DNA from: an uncultured Ignavibacteriales bacterium
Lineage (GTDB): Bacteria > Zixibacteria > MSB-5A5 > GN15 > FEB-12
Assembly (NCBI GenBank): GCA_964618515.1
Contig: CAZUAS010000001.1
Coordinates: forward strand, 9,966 to 73,965
DNA: 64,000 bases
Direction: 5' to 3'
This document shows, piece after piece, positions 18,874 through 29,535 of this stretch (positions are counted from its first letter, which is position 1; each line of letters starts with the position of its first letter). The position numbers and the translations under genes were made by a program. The notes under the pieces are model-generated. The model made no database searches. It saw only the letters and a program-made list of their open reading frames with translations, and was not told where the DNA came from.

Positions 18874-20019
18874 TTAACCTTTCTGGTCATCAGCCCACTG
18901 CTTCAGCAAGTATTCTTTAAATAATTTCAATAAATTCCGGGCGGCCTGGACGGCGGGCAATTGTCCCTGCATAACCTTTTTTTCTATATCCGGAAGGTAT
19001 TCCAAAACGGCCGGGGAATTATAAAAAGTATCCTGAAGACGTTCATTGAGCAGACTGTGCAACCAGTCGCGGGCTTGTTCCCGGCGGCGCTTCTCGAATT
19101 CGCCGCTGGCCATGGTCGTAGTGCGGAAATTTTCTATCGTTGTCCATATCCCGTCTATTCCCTTTCCCTCAAGTGCCGAGGCCGTTCGGGCACAGGGTAT
19201 CCAGCCCGGGGTAACCGGCCGGATATAGTGCAAAGCCCGCTCGTATTCCTCGCGGGCGACTTGAGCCACAGCGGTGTTGTCGCCATCGTCCTTGTTGACC
19301 AGAACCATATCAGCCATTTCAAAAACACCTCTTTTAATGCGCTGTAGTTCATCGCCGACCCCGGCAATCAACACCAGCAGAAAAAAATCGACCATGGAAC
19401 GCACAGTTATTTCACTTTGTCCAACTCCGACCGTCTCCACCAGCAAGACATCGTACCCGGCCGCTTCAAAAATATGCATGGTTTCGCGGGTTTTTCGAGC
19501 AACGCCGCCAAGAGTCCCGCCACTGGGACTGGGCCGGATAAAAGCCGCCGGGGTTTGCGACAAGCGCTCCATGCGGGTCTTATCACCCAGGATACTGCCT
19601 TTGGTCAGCGAGCTTGACGGGTCCACCGCCATCACGGCCACCTTGTGTTTCTTCCCGGTAAGGTAAAAACCCAAAGCTTCAATCAAAGTGCTTTTACCCG
19701 CCCCGGGAACTCCAGTGATACCGATTCGAATCGAATTCCCGGTATATGGCATGATGGCCTTGAGAACATCCTGCGCCTGCTCCTGATGCCGGGGGGCATT
19801 CGATTCCACCAGAGTTATCGCCCGGCCCAGCATCACGCGGTCACCGTTCAGAATCCCTTTGACATAAGCCTCGGTAGTAAAACTGGAGGCGTTTTTACCG
19901 GTTCGGGGTGAGGCCGTCTTTTTACCGGGCATACCGTCATGACCACCTTCGACACCTTTCATCACTTTGAGAGCCGAAGGAGCTTTTTTACGAGGTTGTT
20001 TTTTTCTGCCGTCGCTCAT
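18874..20019 (-). CDS. meaB: methylmalonyl-CoA mutase-associated GTPase (MeaB/ArgK)
   Basis: P-loop GVPGAGKST and NKDD motif. Carries a roughly 50-aa Lys/Pro-rich N-terminal extension. Adjacent to the mutase genes. Confidence 0.85.
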   Translation of the reverse strand: MSDGRKKQPRKKAPSALKVMKGVEGGHDGMPGKKTASPRTGKNASSFTTEAYVKGILNGDRVMLGRAITLVESNAPRHQEQAQDVLKAIMPYTGNSIRIGITGVPGAGKSTLIEALGFYLTGKKHKVAVMAVDPSSSLTKGSILGDKTRMERLSQTPAAFIRPSPSGGTLGGVARKTRETMHIFEAAGYDVLLVETVGVGQSEITVRSMVDFFLLVLIAGVGDELQRIKRGVFEMADMVLVNKDDGDNTAVAQVAREEYERALHYIRPVTPGWIPCARTASALEGKGIDGIWTTIENFRTTTMASGEFEKRRREQARDWLHSLLNERLQDTFYNSPAVLEYLPDIEKKVMQGQLPAVQAARNLLKLFKEYLLKQWADDQKG

Positions 20020-20049
20020 GTTCTCCGTTATCCCAGAAAGCGTAATCCC

Positions 20050-22215
20050 TTAAAGTAACTTTTCCATAATTTTTTTGGCCGCCACCGGTATAATCGTACC
20101 CGGTCCGAAAATGGCGCAGGCGCCGTGCTCGTAGAGAAAATCATAATCCTGAGCCGGAATAACACCGCCAACCACTACCAGTATATCCCCCCGTCCCAGT
20201 TTTTTGAGTTCCTCGACGAGTTTGGGCAGAAGTGTTTTATGTCCGGCGGCGAGGGAACTCATTCCGACCACATGTACATCGTTTTCCACCGCCTGACGCG
20301 CGGTTTCTTCGGGCGTCTGGAATAACGGCCCGACATCGACATCAAATCCCAAATCGGCAAAAGCGGTGGCGATGACTTTAGCGCCGCGGTCATGGCCGTC
20401 TTGTCCCATCTTAGCCACCAGAATCCGGGGCCGCCGGCCCTCGCGTCGGGCGAAATTATCAGTCATCGTGCGCACCTCGACGATTTCCGCCGCCTCGCTG
20501 TATTCACTGCTGTAAATGCCCGTGATGGTTTTATTGTCAGCCACATGCCGTCCCCAGACTTTCTCCAGAGCACTGCTTATCTCACCCAGCGAAGCCCGCG
20601 CCTGAGCCGCCTTGATGGACAGATCCAACAGGTTTCCCTCGCCGGTTTCGGCGCACCTGGTCAGGGCTTCCAGAACCCGCCGAACTTCTTCTTCGTTTCT
20701 TTCTTTACGCAATTTTTCCAATCTCGCCAGTTGTTGCATCCGCACCACGTTATTGTCAACTTCCAATATATCAATTGGTTCTTCTTTATCAAGGGGATAT
20801 CGGTTAAGACCGACAATCGTTTCCAAACCGGAATCGATATGCGCCTGGCGCCGGGCTGAAGCCTCCTCAATACGCATCTTGGGCAAGCCGCTTTCGATAG
20901 CCCTGGCCATTCCGCCGAGACTTTCAATCTCCTGTATATGCGCCCACCCTTTTTGCAGCAGGGCTTCGGTCAGCGCCTCAACATAAAAAGAGCCGCCCCA
21001 AGGGTCGATTACCCTGCAAATCGAAGTCTCGTCCTGTATATACAACTGGGTATTACGGGCTATGCGGGCACTGAAATCAGTCGGCAGGGCGATTGCCTCA
21101 TCCAGGGCGTTGGTATGCAGACTCTGGGTATGCCCCATCGCCGCCGCCATCGCCTCAATACAAGTCCGGGCAATATTATTGTAAGGGTCCTGCTCGGTAA
21201 GGCTCCAGCCCGAGGTCTGTGAATGTGTCCGCAACATCATCGATTTGGGATTTTGCGGCTTAAACTGTTTCATGAGCTTCGCCCAGAGCACTCTGGCCGC
21301 TCTCATTTTGGCTATTTCCATGAAAAAGTTCATGCCGATAGCCCAGAAAAACGATAGCCGCGGAGCAAACTCGTCGATTGTCAACCCAGCCGCCAGTCCC
21401 GTTCGAACATATTCCACTCCGTCGGCCAAGGTATAGGCCATCTCCAGATCCGCGGTAGCCCCCGCCTCCTGCATGTGATAACCCGAAATGGAAACACTGT
21501 TGAATTTCGGCATGTTCTTCGAAGTGAAAGCGATAATATCTCCGATTATTTTCATCGAAGCCGCCGGGGGATAAATATAAGTATTACGCACCATGTATTC
21601 CTTGAGAATATCATTCTGGATAGTGCCGGTCAGCTTATCCATCGTCACTCCCTGTTCCAAGGCGGCTACGATATAAAAAGCCATCACCGGCAGAACGGCA
21701 CCGTTCATCGTCATCGAAACCGACATCTTGTCCAGCGGAATACCGTCGAAAAGAATTTCCATATCGAGTATGGAATCGATAGCCACCCCCGCTTTGCCGA
21801 CATCGCCGATGACCCGGGGGTGGTCCGAGTCATAACCGCGGTGCGTGGCCAGGTCAAAAGCCACCGACAGACCCTTTTGTCCCGCCGCCAGGTTACGCCG
21901 GTAAAAGGCGTTCGACTCCTCGGCGGTCGAGAATCCAGCGTACTGACGTACGGTCCAGGGCTGGGTGACATACATGGTGGCGTAGGGACCTCTCAAAAAC
22001 GGTGGCAAGCCGGGAAAATAATCAGTATGCTCGATACCTTTTATATCCTCACGGGTATAAAGCGGTTTAACTTCAATCTGCTCCATTGTCCGCCAGACCA
22101 GTTCCTCTATCTTATGCCCGGTTTCCTTTTCCACCCGGGCTTTCCAGGTTTTATAATCAGCCGTTACCCGGGTCACACCCGGCTCAAGATTAGTAAAATT
22201 CGGTATGCGACTCAT
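20050..22215 (-). CDS. mutB: methylmalonyl-CoA mutase large (catalytic, B12-binding) subunit
   Basis: 721 aa. The C-terminal B12-binding domain has DxHxxG ([10 protein letters not shown]). Confidence 0.9.
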   Translation of the reverse strand: MSRIPNFTNLEPGVTRVTADYKTWKARVEKETGHKIEELVWRTMEQIEVKPLYTREDIKGIEHTDYFPGLPPFLRGPYATMYVTQPWTVRQYAGFSTAEESNAFYRRNLAAGQKGLSVAFDLATHRGYDSDHPRVIGDVGKAGVAIDSILDMEILFDGIPLDKMSVSMTMNGAVLPVMAFYIVAALEQGVTMDKLTGTIQNDILKEYMVRNTYIYPPAASMKIIGDIIAFTSKNMPKFNSVSISGYHMQEAGATADLEMAYTLADGVEYVRTGLAAGLTIDEFAPRLSFFWAIGMNFFMEIAKMRAARVLWAKLMKQFKPQNPKSMMLRTHSQTSGWSLTEQDPYNNIARTCIEAMAAAMGHTQSLHTNALDEAIALPTDFSARIARNTQLYIQDETSICRVIDPWGGSFYVEALTEALLQKGWAHIQEIESLGGMARAIESGLPKMRIEEASARRQAHIDSGLETIVGLNRYPLDKEEPIDILEVDNNVVRMQQLARLEKLRKERNEEEVRRVLEALTRCAETGEGNLLDLSIKAAQARASLGEISSALEKVWGRHVADNKTITGIYSSEYSEAAEIVEVRTMTDNFARREGRRPRILVAKMGQDGHDRGAKVIATAFADLGFDVDVGPLFQTPEETARQAVENDVHVVGMSSLAAGHKTLLPKLVEELKKLGRGDILVVVGGVIPAQDYDFLYEHGACAIFGPGTIIPVAAKKIMEKLL

Positions 22216-24398
22216 AAAATCACCCCCAGCTTCACAGCTATCTCATTGAGGACTTCGAGAATATCCGTCTTTACATGAATGAATATATCGACCCCGGCAT
22301 CACTGAAGCGTTTTTTAAGGTTTTCATCACTCGGTAAACCCGCCAAAACCACAAGCGCGTGTGGTCGGGCTTTTTTCACCTGTTCAGCAACCACCGGGAC
22401 ACTTTCGGGATAAATCTCGTCCCGACCACAGATGACCACCACCTCGGCACGGCTTTTCAGAGCCTCTTCGGCGGCTTTACCGGGAGTCTCAAAACCATCG
22501 GTTCTTACCACCTCAAAGCCCCCCACCTCAAAAAAAGAGGCGGCGAAATCAAGACGTGGCATGTAAGCCCCGGCTTCTCCCAGGGTGGCAAGAAAAACTT
22601 TCAGGTTGCCCTTCTGATGACGCATTTTCATCACGGCCAGACGCAATTTCTCGAATGGCTCTGCAGCATGGTAAACCGGAAGCGGTACCACTTTGACGAC
22701 ATCAATTTTACTGCTTCGCAGAACCCTCATTACCTCTCCGACGGTGGCGCCTCCTTCCACGGCCTTAATGACCTGCGGTAAAATTTCTTTCTTGTTCTTA
22801 TCAAGTGCATCTATAAGTTGACCGAGAGCCGTTTCGACCTGCTTGTTTTTTTTAATGGTTTGCCTGATTTCCTGTAAACGTTGAAGCCGTTCCTTCCTGA
22901 CTGCACTAAAATCAACCGACCTCGGTTCGAGAAGTTCTTCATCGGGTTGAGGATATTTATTGGTTCCGACCAAAACATCCTTACGCGAAGCATACGCCTT
23001 ACGGCGTTCTTCGGTAGTCTTTTTTATGGCTATTTGCGGAAAACCTTCTTGTAACGCCCGGTAGAGTCCGCGCTTTTCCTCTATTTGACGGAATATACGC
23101 CAGGTTTCAAGAACTATCTCATAAGTGAGCCGTTCTACATACCACGACCCGCCGGCCGGGTCAAGCACCCGGGCCAGCTTGGCTTCATCTTTAAGAATAA
23201 TTTGAATATTCCGGGACAGCCGCCGGGAGAACTCATCAGCCGGACGTATTCTTTCATCGAATGCCGCCACTTGCATACTGTCGGCTCCGCCGACCGCTCC
23301 TGAAAAAGCCCCGGTGGTCAAACGTAAAAGGTTCACATAAGGGTCGAATTTAGTCTGATAGCAGCGCGAAGTCCGGGCATGCAGCCACATCGACCGTTTT
23401 TCTTCACTAACCCCGCAATTTTCCAGAATGCGATTCCAGAGGCAACGGGCGGCGCGAAGTTTGGCGGATTCCATGAAAAAATTCGTGCCCAGCCCGAGAC
23501 TGAAACGGATATGGGGCAAAACCTGCTCGATTTCAAGCCCGCGCTTTTCCATTGCACGTAAGTACTCTATAGCCGCGCTCATGGTCAGGACCAGCTCCCA
23601 GACGGTACTGGCGCCGGCATCGCTGTATATCTCGCCATGAACCCAGATCACGCCTGTCAGCGGAGCATGGTTGCCCGCCCATGAAACCGCCGCAGCCATC
23701 TCGTCATATACTGTCTCCAATGAACAGGACAACACCCCGGTTTGAGCCAGTTCCCCCAAGGGGTCAAATGCCACCGCACCTTCTAAGTACTTAATATCAT
23801 TACCTTTTTCTTTCGCCAGAGCGATATATAAAGCCAGGTAAAAAAGGCTGCTATTGTAAGCTTGAATAAAAACCGGCACCCGGTCAAGAGATATCCCCTC
23901 TAAAGCAGTGGTCAAATCAGCCAGCGAAGAAAGCGAAACGCCCTCACATCCCACCTCCTTTTCCAAAGCCGTATCAGCATCGATACCTTTTCGCGACGCC
24001 CTGTCCAGAGGTAGGGTAACCGCAGTCAAACCGCGTTCAAGGTCATATCGCACTGCCCGGTTAAACTCTACCGGGGTGGGATAATTTATCTCTTGGGCTG
24101 TCTCCCAGACATGTTCGCCTTGCCGGAAGATGCGGCTACCTCTGATAAAAGGCGAAAATCCGGGAAAAGAGTCAATATCACTAATATTTTGGGCATCTTC
24201 TTTACGGTACAACGGCTGAAGGGTGATGTTCTCATAAGTCCTGGTAAGCATCTTCTTTTCAAAAGGTGCTCCCTTTAGAAGTCGCTCCACCTCGTCTAAC
24301 CAGTCTTTATATTCAGGAACCGGAAATTCTTCATGCAAACGCATTCGATTCCTTTCCATCGGCTTCCCCTCTGGTTTTTCGGTCGGCATAATATTCAC
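22212..24398 (-). CDS. mutA: methylmalonyl-CoA mutase small (beta) subunit
   Basis: 728-aa mutase-like protein whose C-terminal Rossmann domain lacks the His ligand ([13 protein letters not shown]). ATGA overlap with mutB. Confidence 0.8.
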   Translation of the reverse strand: MNIMPTEKPEGKPMERNRMRLHEEFPVPEYKDWLDEVERLLKGAPFEKKMLTRTYENITLQPLYRKEDAQNISDIDSFPGFSPFIRGSRIFRQGEHVWETAQEINYPTPVEFNRAVRYDLERGLTAVTLPLDRASRKGIDADTALEKEVGCEGVSLSSLADLTTALEGISLDRVPVFIQAYNSSLFYLALYIALAKEKGNDIKYLEGAVAFDPLGELAQTGVLSCSLETVYDEMAAAVSWAGNHAPLTGVIWVHGEIYSDAGASTVWELVLTMSAAIEYLRAMEKRGLEIEQVLPHIRFSLGLGTNFFMESAKLRAARCLWNRILENCGVSEEKRSMWLHARTSRCYQTKFDPYVNLLRLTTGAFSGAVGGADSMQVAAFDERIRPADEFSRRLSRNIQIILKDEAKLARVLDPAGGSWYVERLTYEIVLETWRIFRQIEEKRGLYRALQEGFPQIAIKKTTEERRKAYASRKDVLVGTNKYPQPDEELLEPRSVDFSAVRKERLQRLQEIRQTIKKNKQVETALGQLIDALDKNKKEILPQVIKAVEGGATVGEVMRVLRSSKIDVVKVVPLPVYHAAEPFEKLRLAVMKMRHQKGNLKVFLATLGEAGAYMPRLDFAASFFEVGGFEVVRTDGFETPGKAAEEALKSRAEVVVICGRDEIYPESVPVVAEQVKKARPHALVVLAGLPSDENLKKRFSDAGVDIFIHVKTDILEVLNEIAVKLGVIL

Positions 24399-24445
24399 TC
24401 CTGCAAAAACTTAAAAAATACACAAGGTTTCAAAAAACCCTGTTA

Positions 24446-24474
24446 TCTATAGAGTCGATTTCCCCACTTGTCAA
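24446..24474 (-). promoter_or_regulatory. sigma-70-like promoter of the mutA operon
   Basis: On the minus strand: TTGACA (24474-24469), 17 nt, TATAGA (24451-24446). The palindrome CACTTG-N-CAAGTG (24465-24477) overlaps the -35. Confidence 0.45.
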
Positions 24475-24740
24475 GTGCTTTCGGATTTATAAATCCTTCT
24501 ATAATCTACCGTTTTTAGTTTACTTACCCAGAAATAAGAGCTTATGCCAATAACAGGGTATTTTCAATTATCATTATACTACTACTTTTTTACCCAGTTT
24601 ATGAGCAAACACCTTTTTATTATTCCATGACATTTATTGACGGTTTTGTTGAATCCATTATAGACAAAAAATAATCTAAAAATTAACTTAGAGAGGTTAC
24701 ATTAACCGCTGACTGTTAGAAAGTGACTTATATAATAAAT

Positions 24741-25106
24741 ATGAATCTTTTCCAGAAGTTATTCAACCGCCCGCCCCGGCCGGGAAAACCGTTGCCGGTA
24801 ACGGATGATACATTCGAAGCTGACGTATTAAAGTCGAAAATACCCGTTGTGGTCGATTTCTGGTCGCCCACCTGTGCCCCGTGTCATGTCATGGCCGGTC
24901 TTTTAAACGAACTCGGACCACAATTCGCCGGGCGGGTCAATATTTACAAGTTGAATGTCCACGAAAATCCGACCACTGCCACCCAATATCGGATTATGAG
25001 CGTCCCCACAGTCATCTTTTTCAAGCAGGGAAAAATTGTTGACTTGTTTTCGGGACTTTTGCCTCTTTACCCCCTTAAAGAAAAACTGGAAAAGCTTGCC
25101 GGGTAA
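24741..25106 (+). CDS. thioredoxin-fold protein with CAPC active site
   Basis: VVVDFWSPTCAPCH motif. The start is either ATG 24741 or GTG 24723. Confidence 0.8.
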   Translation: MNLFQKLFNRPPRPGKPLPVTDDTFEADVLKSKIPVVVDFWSPTCAPCHVMAGLLNELGPQFAGRVNIYKLNVHENPTTATQYRIMSVPTVIFFKQGKIVDLFSGLLPLYPLKEKLEKLAG

Positions 25107-25133
25107 GCTTCCCGTTAATAAAAACAAATCCGC

Positions 25134-26519
25134 TTACAACATTCTTATTGCTTTTTCATAGGGGGTAAATCCAGGGATGCCCTTATGCAAGGTTAAATCC
25201 GGTTTATGAAAAGCCGGATTCTCATAGATGACCCGAAGAAGTTTTTCCCTTTCCGAAGGCTCGGCGAGATGAGCAATTCCCACCGCCCGCTCCCCGAGGC
25301 TCAAACCCCGCGGGTCGAAAGCACCGTATTCGGTAACGATAATTATCTGGTCGGCTGGGATACCGGTGGTGGTAATACCCGCCGGACTGCGGTCAACAAT
25401 TTTAGAAATACCGGCCTGGGTGGTTGATTTGAGAGCGATAATGGCAATACCGCCGGGTGAATACTGAGCTCCGCGAATGAAATCGGCCTGACCGCCGACA
25501 CCGCTGTATATTTTGCGGGCATCCAGCGAGTCCGCCCAGATATTGCCGTGAAGGTCCACCCCGATCGCCCCATTTATAGTCACCATCCTGGGTTGCTCGG
25601 CAATATGAAAAACACTGTTGGTAAAATCACAGGGACGGCTCTGAACCGAACTATTATCGCCCAGCCAGTCATATTCCGCCTGGTTCTGCGCCAGGAATAT
25701 CGCCGAGATGCAGAAATTTATGTCACTTTTCCAGCGGTTGGTCACCACCCCCTCTTTCACCAGCTTGATCATGGCACTGGCAAATAGTTCAGTATGAATA
25801 CCCAGGTCGCGAACGCCTTTTTTCAGGATAGCATTGGTCACTGCCTCGGGAACTTCCCCAATACCATACTGCAAAGTCGAGCCGGGGGTATCACCGGAAC
25901 CGTCATGAATATACAAAGCCGCGATAATTTCCCCGATTTTATTGGCGCGTTCGTCGGGTTCCTGGACGGGGCTGGCCGGAAGTTCATAGTCGGTATCCAG
26001 CATATAATCGATGATGCTTTCGTGGATGGTCGTCCCCAGTACGAAGGGCATTTTGGCATTGCGTTCGACGATGACCAGCCCGCCGTTCTTTTTGGCCGTT
26101 TGAATCGCCGCCAGTACACTCTCCACCGTCGTACCAAGGCTGTAGTTACCGGCTTTATCGGGACCGCTGACCGTCAGCAGAACAACATTGGGTTTGACCC
26201 GACGAATATAACGGGGAACCTCCGAAAGGTGCATGGGGTGATATTTAGCCCAGCCTTTATTTACCGCTTCCTTGGACAGGTAACTGTTGAATATGACCCG
26301 GTGAGTTAAATCCTGACACCGTTCTCTGGAAAAAAGCGGCGCCAGACGCTCCCCGAGTAATAGAATGCTGAATATATCGACATCCTTAATCGACAGGTCG
26401 GTAGCCAGTTGCAGCAGAAGTTCCTGCGGAGCGGCGGCATTACCCGCCGCATATATAATCGAACCAGGTTTGATAATCGTCGAGTTGATCACCTCGTCAG
26501 CAGACGACACTCTTTTCAT
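25134..26519 (-). CDS. acetyl-CoA hydrolase/transferase-family CoA-transferase (succinyl-CoA:propionate/acetate type by context)
   Basis: 461 aa with the GVGGQADF motif of the family. Lies next to the mutase/decarboxylase cluster. Confidence 0.8.
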   Translation of the reverse strand: MKRVSSADEVINSTIIKPGSIIYAAGNAAAPQELLLQLATDLSIKDVDIFSILLLGERLAPLFSRERCQDLTHRVIFNSYLSKEAVNKGWAKYHPMHLSEVPRYIRRVKPNVVLLTVSGPDKAGNYSLGTTVESVLAAIQTAKKNGGLVIVERNAKMPFVLGTTIHESIIDYMLDTDYELPASPVQEPDERANKIGEIIAALYIHDGSGDTPGSTLQYGIGEVPEAVTNAILKKGVRDLGIHTELFASAMIKLVKEGVVTNRWKSDINFCISAIFLAQNQAEYDWLGDNSSVQSRPCDFTNSVFHIAEQPRMVTINGAIGVDLHGNIWADSLDARKIYSGVGGQADFIRGAQYSPGGIAIIALKSTTQAGISKIVDRSPAGITTTGIPADQIIIVTEYGAFDPRGLSLGERAVGIAHLAEPSEREKLLRVIYENPAFHKPDLTLHKGIPGFTPYEKAIRML

Positions 26520-26660
26520 ATTTAAATAACTCCTTAACCGCTTGCCTATGTCTATCCCAAGGGTACCTTCGGACTTTTTTTCCGCCTATAGATAACAAAT
26601 TCGGCAAATTTGTCCAGTAAATTATTTTTAGGAAGGGATGCTAAAAAAACGCTAAGAGAA

Positions 26661-27218
26661 TTACTGTCGATACTCGTTCCGGGGCAGGTCAAAATACTTG
26701 ACGCCTTCGAAAAATTTAAATTTCTCCGGCAAACCGGTAATGTCCTTTTTATATTTCAGACCGATTTTTTCGACCACCTTAATTGAAGCCGTGTTGTCGG
26801 GTTTAACAATCGCTACAATTCTCTCCAGACCAAGAGTATCGAAACCATATCGAAGTAGCGCCCGGGCGGCTTCGGTGGCGTAACCCCGCCCCCAGACATC
26901 ACGGCTCATCCCGTAATAGATTTCAATTTCCTCCGGGTTGATTTCAAGCCGCCCCAGCCCCACCCAGCCGACCAGCCGGTGCGAATGATTCTCTCTCACC
27001 GCCAGGGAAAAACGGGTAATCCGCTGAGGAGTGTTTTCATCATAACGTTGCAATATCCGCTTGAAAGTGACCATGAATTCATCAAATGTCATTGATTTTT
27101 CGGGGATATATCGTAAAACCGCTTCGTTATTGATAATCCCGTAGAAATCAAGCGCGTCATCATCCGTAAAAAGCCGGATTGTCAACCGCCCGGTTTCCAG
27201 ATAGAAATTAGTAAACAT
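26661..27218 (-). CDS. GNAT N-acetyltransferase (RimJ/RimL-like)
   Basis: N-terminal LETGRLTIRLFT motif and an acetyl-CoA loop region. Confidence 0.8.
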   Translation of the reverse strand: MFTNFYLETGRLTIRLFTDDDALDFYGIINNEAVLRYIPEKSMTFDEFMVTFKRILQRYDENTPQRITRFSLAVRENHSHRLVGWVGLGRLEINPEEIEIYYGMSRDVWGRGYATEAARALLRYGFDTLGLERIVAIVKPDNTASIKVVEKIGLKYKKDITGLPEKFKFFEGVKYFDLPRNEYRQ

Positions 27219-27226
27219 CTTACACT

Positions 27227-28222
27227 CTATAAGTTTGTAAAATCCAGATCAATAATAGGAGATTCATTTTCGATACTTTCCCGGCGGCCGTTCATAAATC
27301 GCCGACACCAGTCGTTCAAATCACCCGCATTCTCTGCCAGTAAGACAATATATAATTCCATCTCCCGGACTTTCAAAAACAGTGGAATCCGTTCCAGCCA
27401 GAATTTTTCAATCTTGTTTTCACGGCGGTACCCTTTTAAAAAACTGCTCATGAAATTCCCGGCGAAAACCGTATCGGTGGGGTCGATATTATTATCCCGA
27501 AGAACATAAAAAAGAGGAATCGCAATATCGAAGGCAAACCAATGATACTGACAATCATCGAAATCAAAAACCGTAATACGACCATCGTCGATAAAAAAAT
27601 TGCCGTGATGTAAATCACAATGGATCAAACCGTAAGCATCACTATCAGTTGATAAGGTATACAAGTTTTCCTTTAACCGGTGGCATTTCTCTAAAACTCC
27701 CGGCTGTGAGGACGGAATATATTTTTCAATGTCCATCGTGTAATCTTCGAACCACTGAAAACGCCGGAACGCCGGCTTTGAGGGCACAAAAGTTTTAGTG
27801 CATCTATGCATGCGACCCAGTGTTTCGCCCCAGGTTTCAATCAAGCTCTTGCTCCAGTTCTCGTTTCTGGCGGATAGTCCCGGAGCTTTTTCAAAAGAAT
27901 AAACCAGGAAAAAAGACCCGTCAATTTCAATCCGCTCGACCAACCGCTTGCCCTGTGAAAGAACCGCCCTGGCAACCGCAACATTGCCATCAGCCAGGTA
28001 ATTGACCCACTCCAGCTCCCCCTGAATCATAGCTTCCGTCCGATGAATACTATGGGTTATTTTCATTATATAAGCTTTGTCTTCTCTTTCATATTCATAG
28101 ACAAAACTTTCAAATGAGCCCAGCCGCTTGAGGTTTTCACTCGAAATCCCGTAGCACCCGGCTGCCTCTTTCAGGATGTATTCACGGTTGCCAGAAAAGA
28201 CCTGTTCGCTTCTTGAATCCAG
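27227..28222 (-). CDS. aminoglycoside-phosphotransferase-like kinase (APH/ChoK fold)
   Basis: HCDLHHGNF and FDFDD motifs. The frame stays open 52 codons upstream of track ATG 28066 and encodes the Gly-rich loop and the beta3 Lys (GSFESFVY...AYIMKI). The only plausible start is CTG 28222, 6 nt after GGGAG. Confidence 0.7.
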   Translation of the reverse strand: MDSRSEQVFSGNREYILKEAAGCYGISSENLKRLGSFESFVYEYEREDKAYIMKITHSIHRTEAMIQGELEWVNYLADGNVAVARAVLSQGKRLVERIEIDGSFFLVYSFEKAPGLSARNENWSKSLIETWGETLGRMHRCTKTFVPSKPAFRRFQWFEDYTMDIEKYIPSSQPGVLEKCHRLKENLYTLSTDSDAYGLIHCDLHHGNFFIDDGRITVFDFDDCQYHWFAFDIAIPLFYVLRDNNIDPTDTVFAGNFMSSFLKGYRRENKIEKFWLERIPLFLKVREMELYIVLLAENAGDLNDWCRRFMNGRRESIENESPIIDLDFTNL

Positions 28223-28389
28223 ATTTCACTCCCGTAAGATTAAAAAACATACGCCAAATAATTAATAAATTTTCATCACTTGAACAATTTATAATATTCT
28301 TTCCTCCATTGTGAGGGACGTAAGAAACAGCCGTTCGCTTTCCAGAAAACGAATCCTTTTTAAATTATTTTCATTTCTACTCATATTCA

Positions 28390-29496
28390 TCAGATTAAAC
28401 CTTTCTTTTTCAGTTCCTCTCTTTCTTTAAGGGTTTTGTGGATACGCCGGCTGAACTCACGTTCCGTTTGTCTAAGCGCTTTGACATCCTTGCGTTTCTC
28501 GAGATAACGAAGTTCCTTTTTCATTTTTAGATAATTTTCAAACCGCTTTGCCTCCAGAGTACCATCATCGATAGCCGCTCTTACGGCGCAACCCGGTTCG
28601 TTGTCATGTTCACAATCCCGGAAACGACAATGCCCGGCCAGTTCTTCAATGTCGGCAAAAGTCCGGCTGAGACCGGCTTCATTATCCCATAGTTGCAGTT
28701 CTCTCAAACCGGGAGTGTCAATAACAATTCCTCCGGAAGGCAATAACAGCATCTCCCGGCTGGTGGTGGTATGCCGGCCCCGGCTGTCGTCAGAACGAAC
28801 TCCACACGTTTTAAGACGTTCCTCGCCAAGTAACTGATTTATAATAGTCGACTTGCCCACCCCCGATGAACCCAGAAAAACGGCGGTCTCACCCTTATTA
28901 ATATGTTGTATTATGGTATCAAGGCCCTGATTATAAGAAGCGCTTATAGCCAGTACTGTCACCCCGAGTGCAATTTCCCGGACCTCTTCGATGACCGTGT
29001 CTATATCCGGGCAGAGGTCGGCTTTATTCAGGACAATTATCGGCCTGGCGCCGCTGTCCCAGGCCACCGTGAGATAGCGTTCCATCCGGCGAATATTATA
29101 ATCACCGTCCAGCCCGCTGACCAGAAAGACCGTATCGACATTGGCCGCCAGCACCTGCCGGTCGGTTTTTCCCCCCGTATCAGGCATGCCTCCAGAGAGC
29201 ACCGCCTTACGGGAGAAATCGCTTTTTCGCGGCAACAGTTTATGAATCGTCGCCCGGCTTTCGTTCGGGCGAACTGTTATTGCCACCCAGTCACCGACTA
29301 CCGGGAAATCAGAGCGCGACCGCGCTTCATGGCGGAAACGTCCCGCTACTTCAGCCAATAATTCGCCCTGCTCACCCAAAACATGATAAAGATTTTTATG
29401 CTCCATGCTTATGCGGGCAGGCAAAAAACCGTTATTATGCAGTTTTTCAAAATTTTCCTTAAAAAAAGAATTCCAGCCTAACTGTGTTATATTCAT
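28390..29496 (-). CDS. rsgA: ribosome small-subunit-dependent GTPase A
   Basis: Circularly permuted GTPase (NKADL...GSSGVGKST) with zinc knuckle CRFRDCEHDNEPGCAV. Confidence 0.9.
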   Translation of the reverse strand: MNITQLGWNSFFKENFEKLHNNGFLPARISMEHKNLYHVLGEQGELLAEVAGRFRHEARSRSDFPVVGDWVAITVRPNESRATIHKLLPRKSDFSRKAVLSGGMPDTGGKTDRQVLAANVDTVFLVSGLDGDYNIRRMERYLTVAWDSGARPIIVLNKADLCPDIDTVIEEVREIALGVTVLAISASYNQGLDTIIQHINKGETAVFLGSSGVGKSTIINQLLGEERLKTCGVRSDDSRGRHTTTSREMLLLPSGGIVIDTPGLRELQLWDNEAGLSRTFADIEELAGHCRFRDCEHDNEPGCAVRAAIDDGTLEAKRFENYLKMKKELRYLEKRKDVKALRQTEREFSRRIHKTLKEREELKKKGLI

Positions 29497-29535
29497 TTTT
29501 AATTATATCCTCAATTATAACAATTCATCCTGTCG

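Noticed and set aside
21475-22278. 267-aa plus-strand ORF antisense to mutB. Similar long antisense ORFs occur at 31402-32241, 50162-51064, 51293-52105 and 62369-63202.
   Set aside because: Each lies entirely inside a strongly supported gene on the other strand. Their sequences are Arg/Gly/His-rich and lack motifs and SD sequences. This is typical of stop-poor antisense frames.
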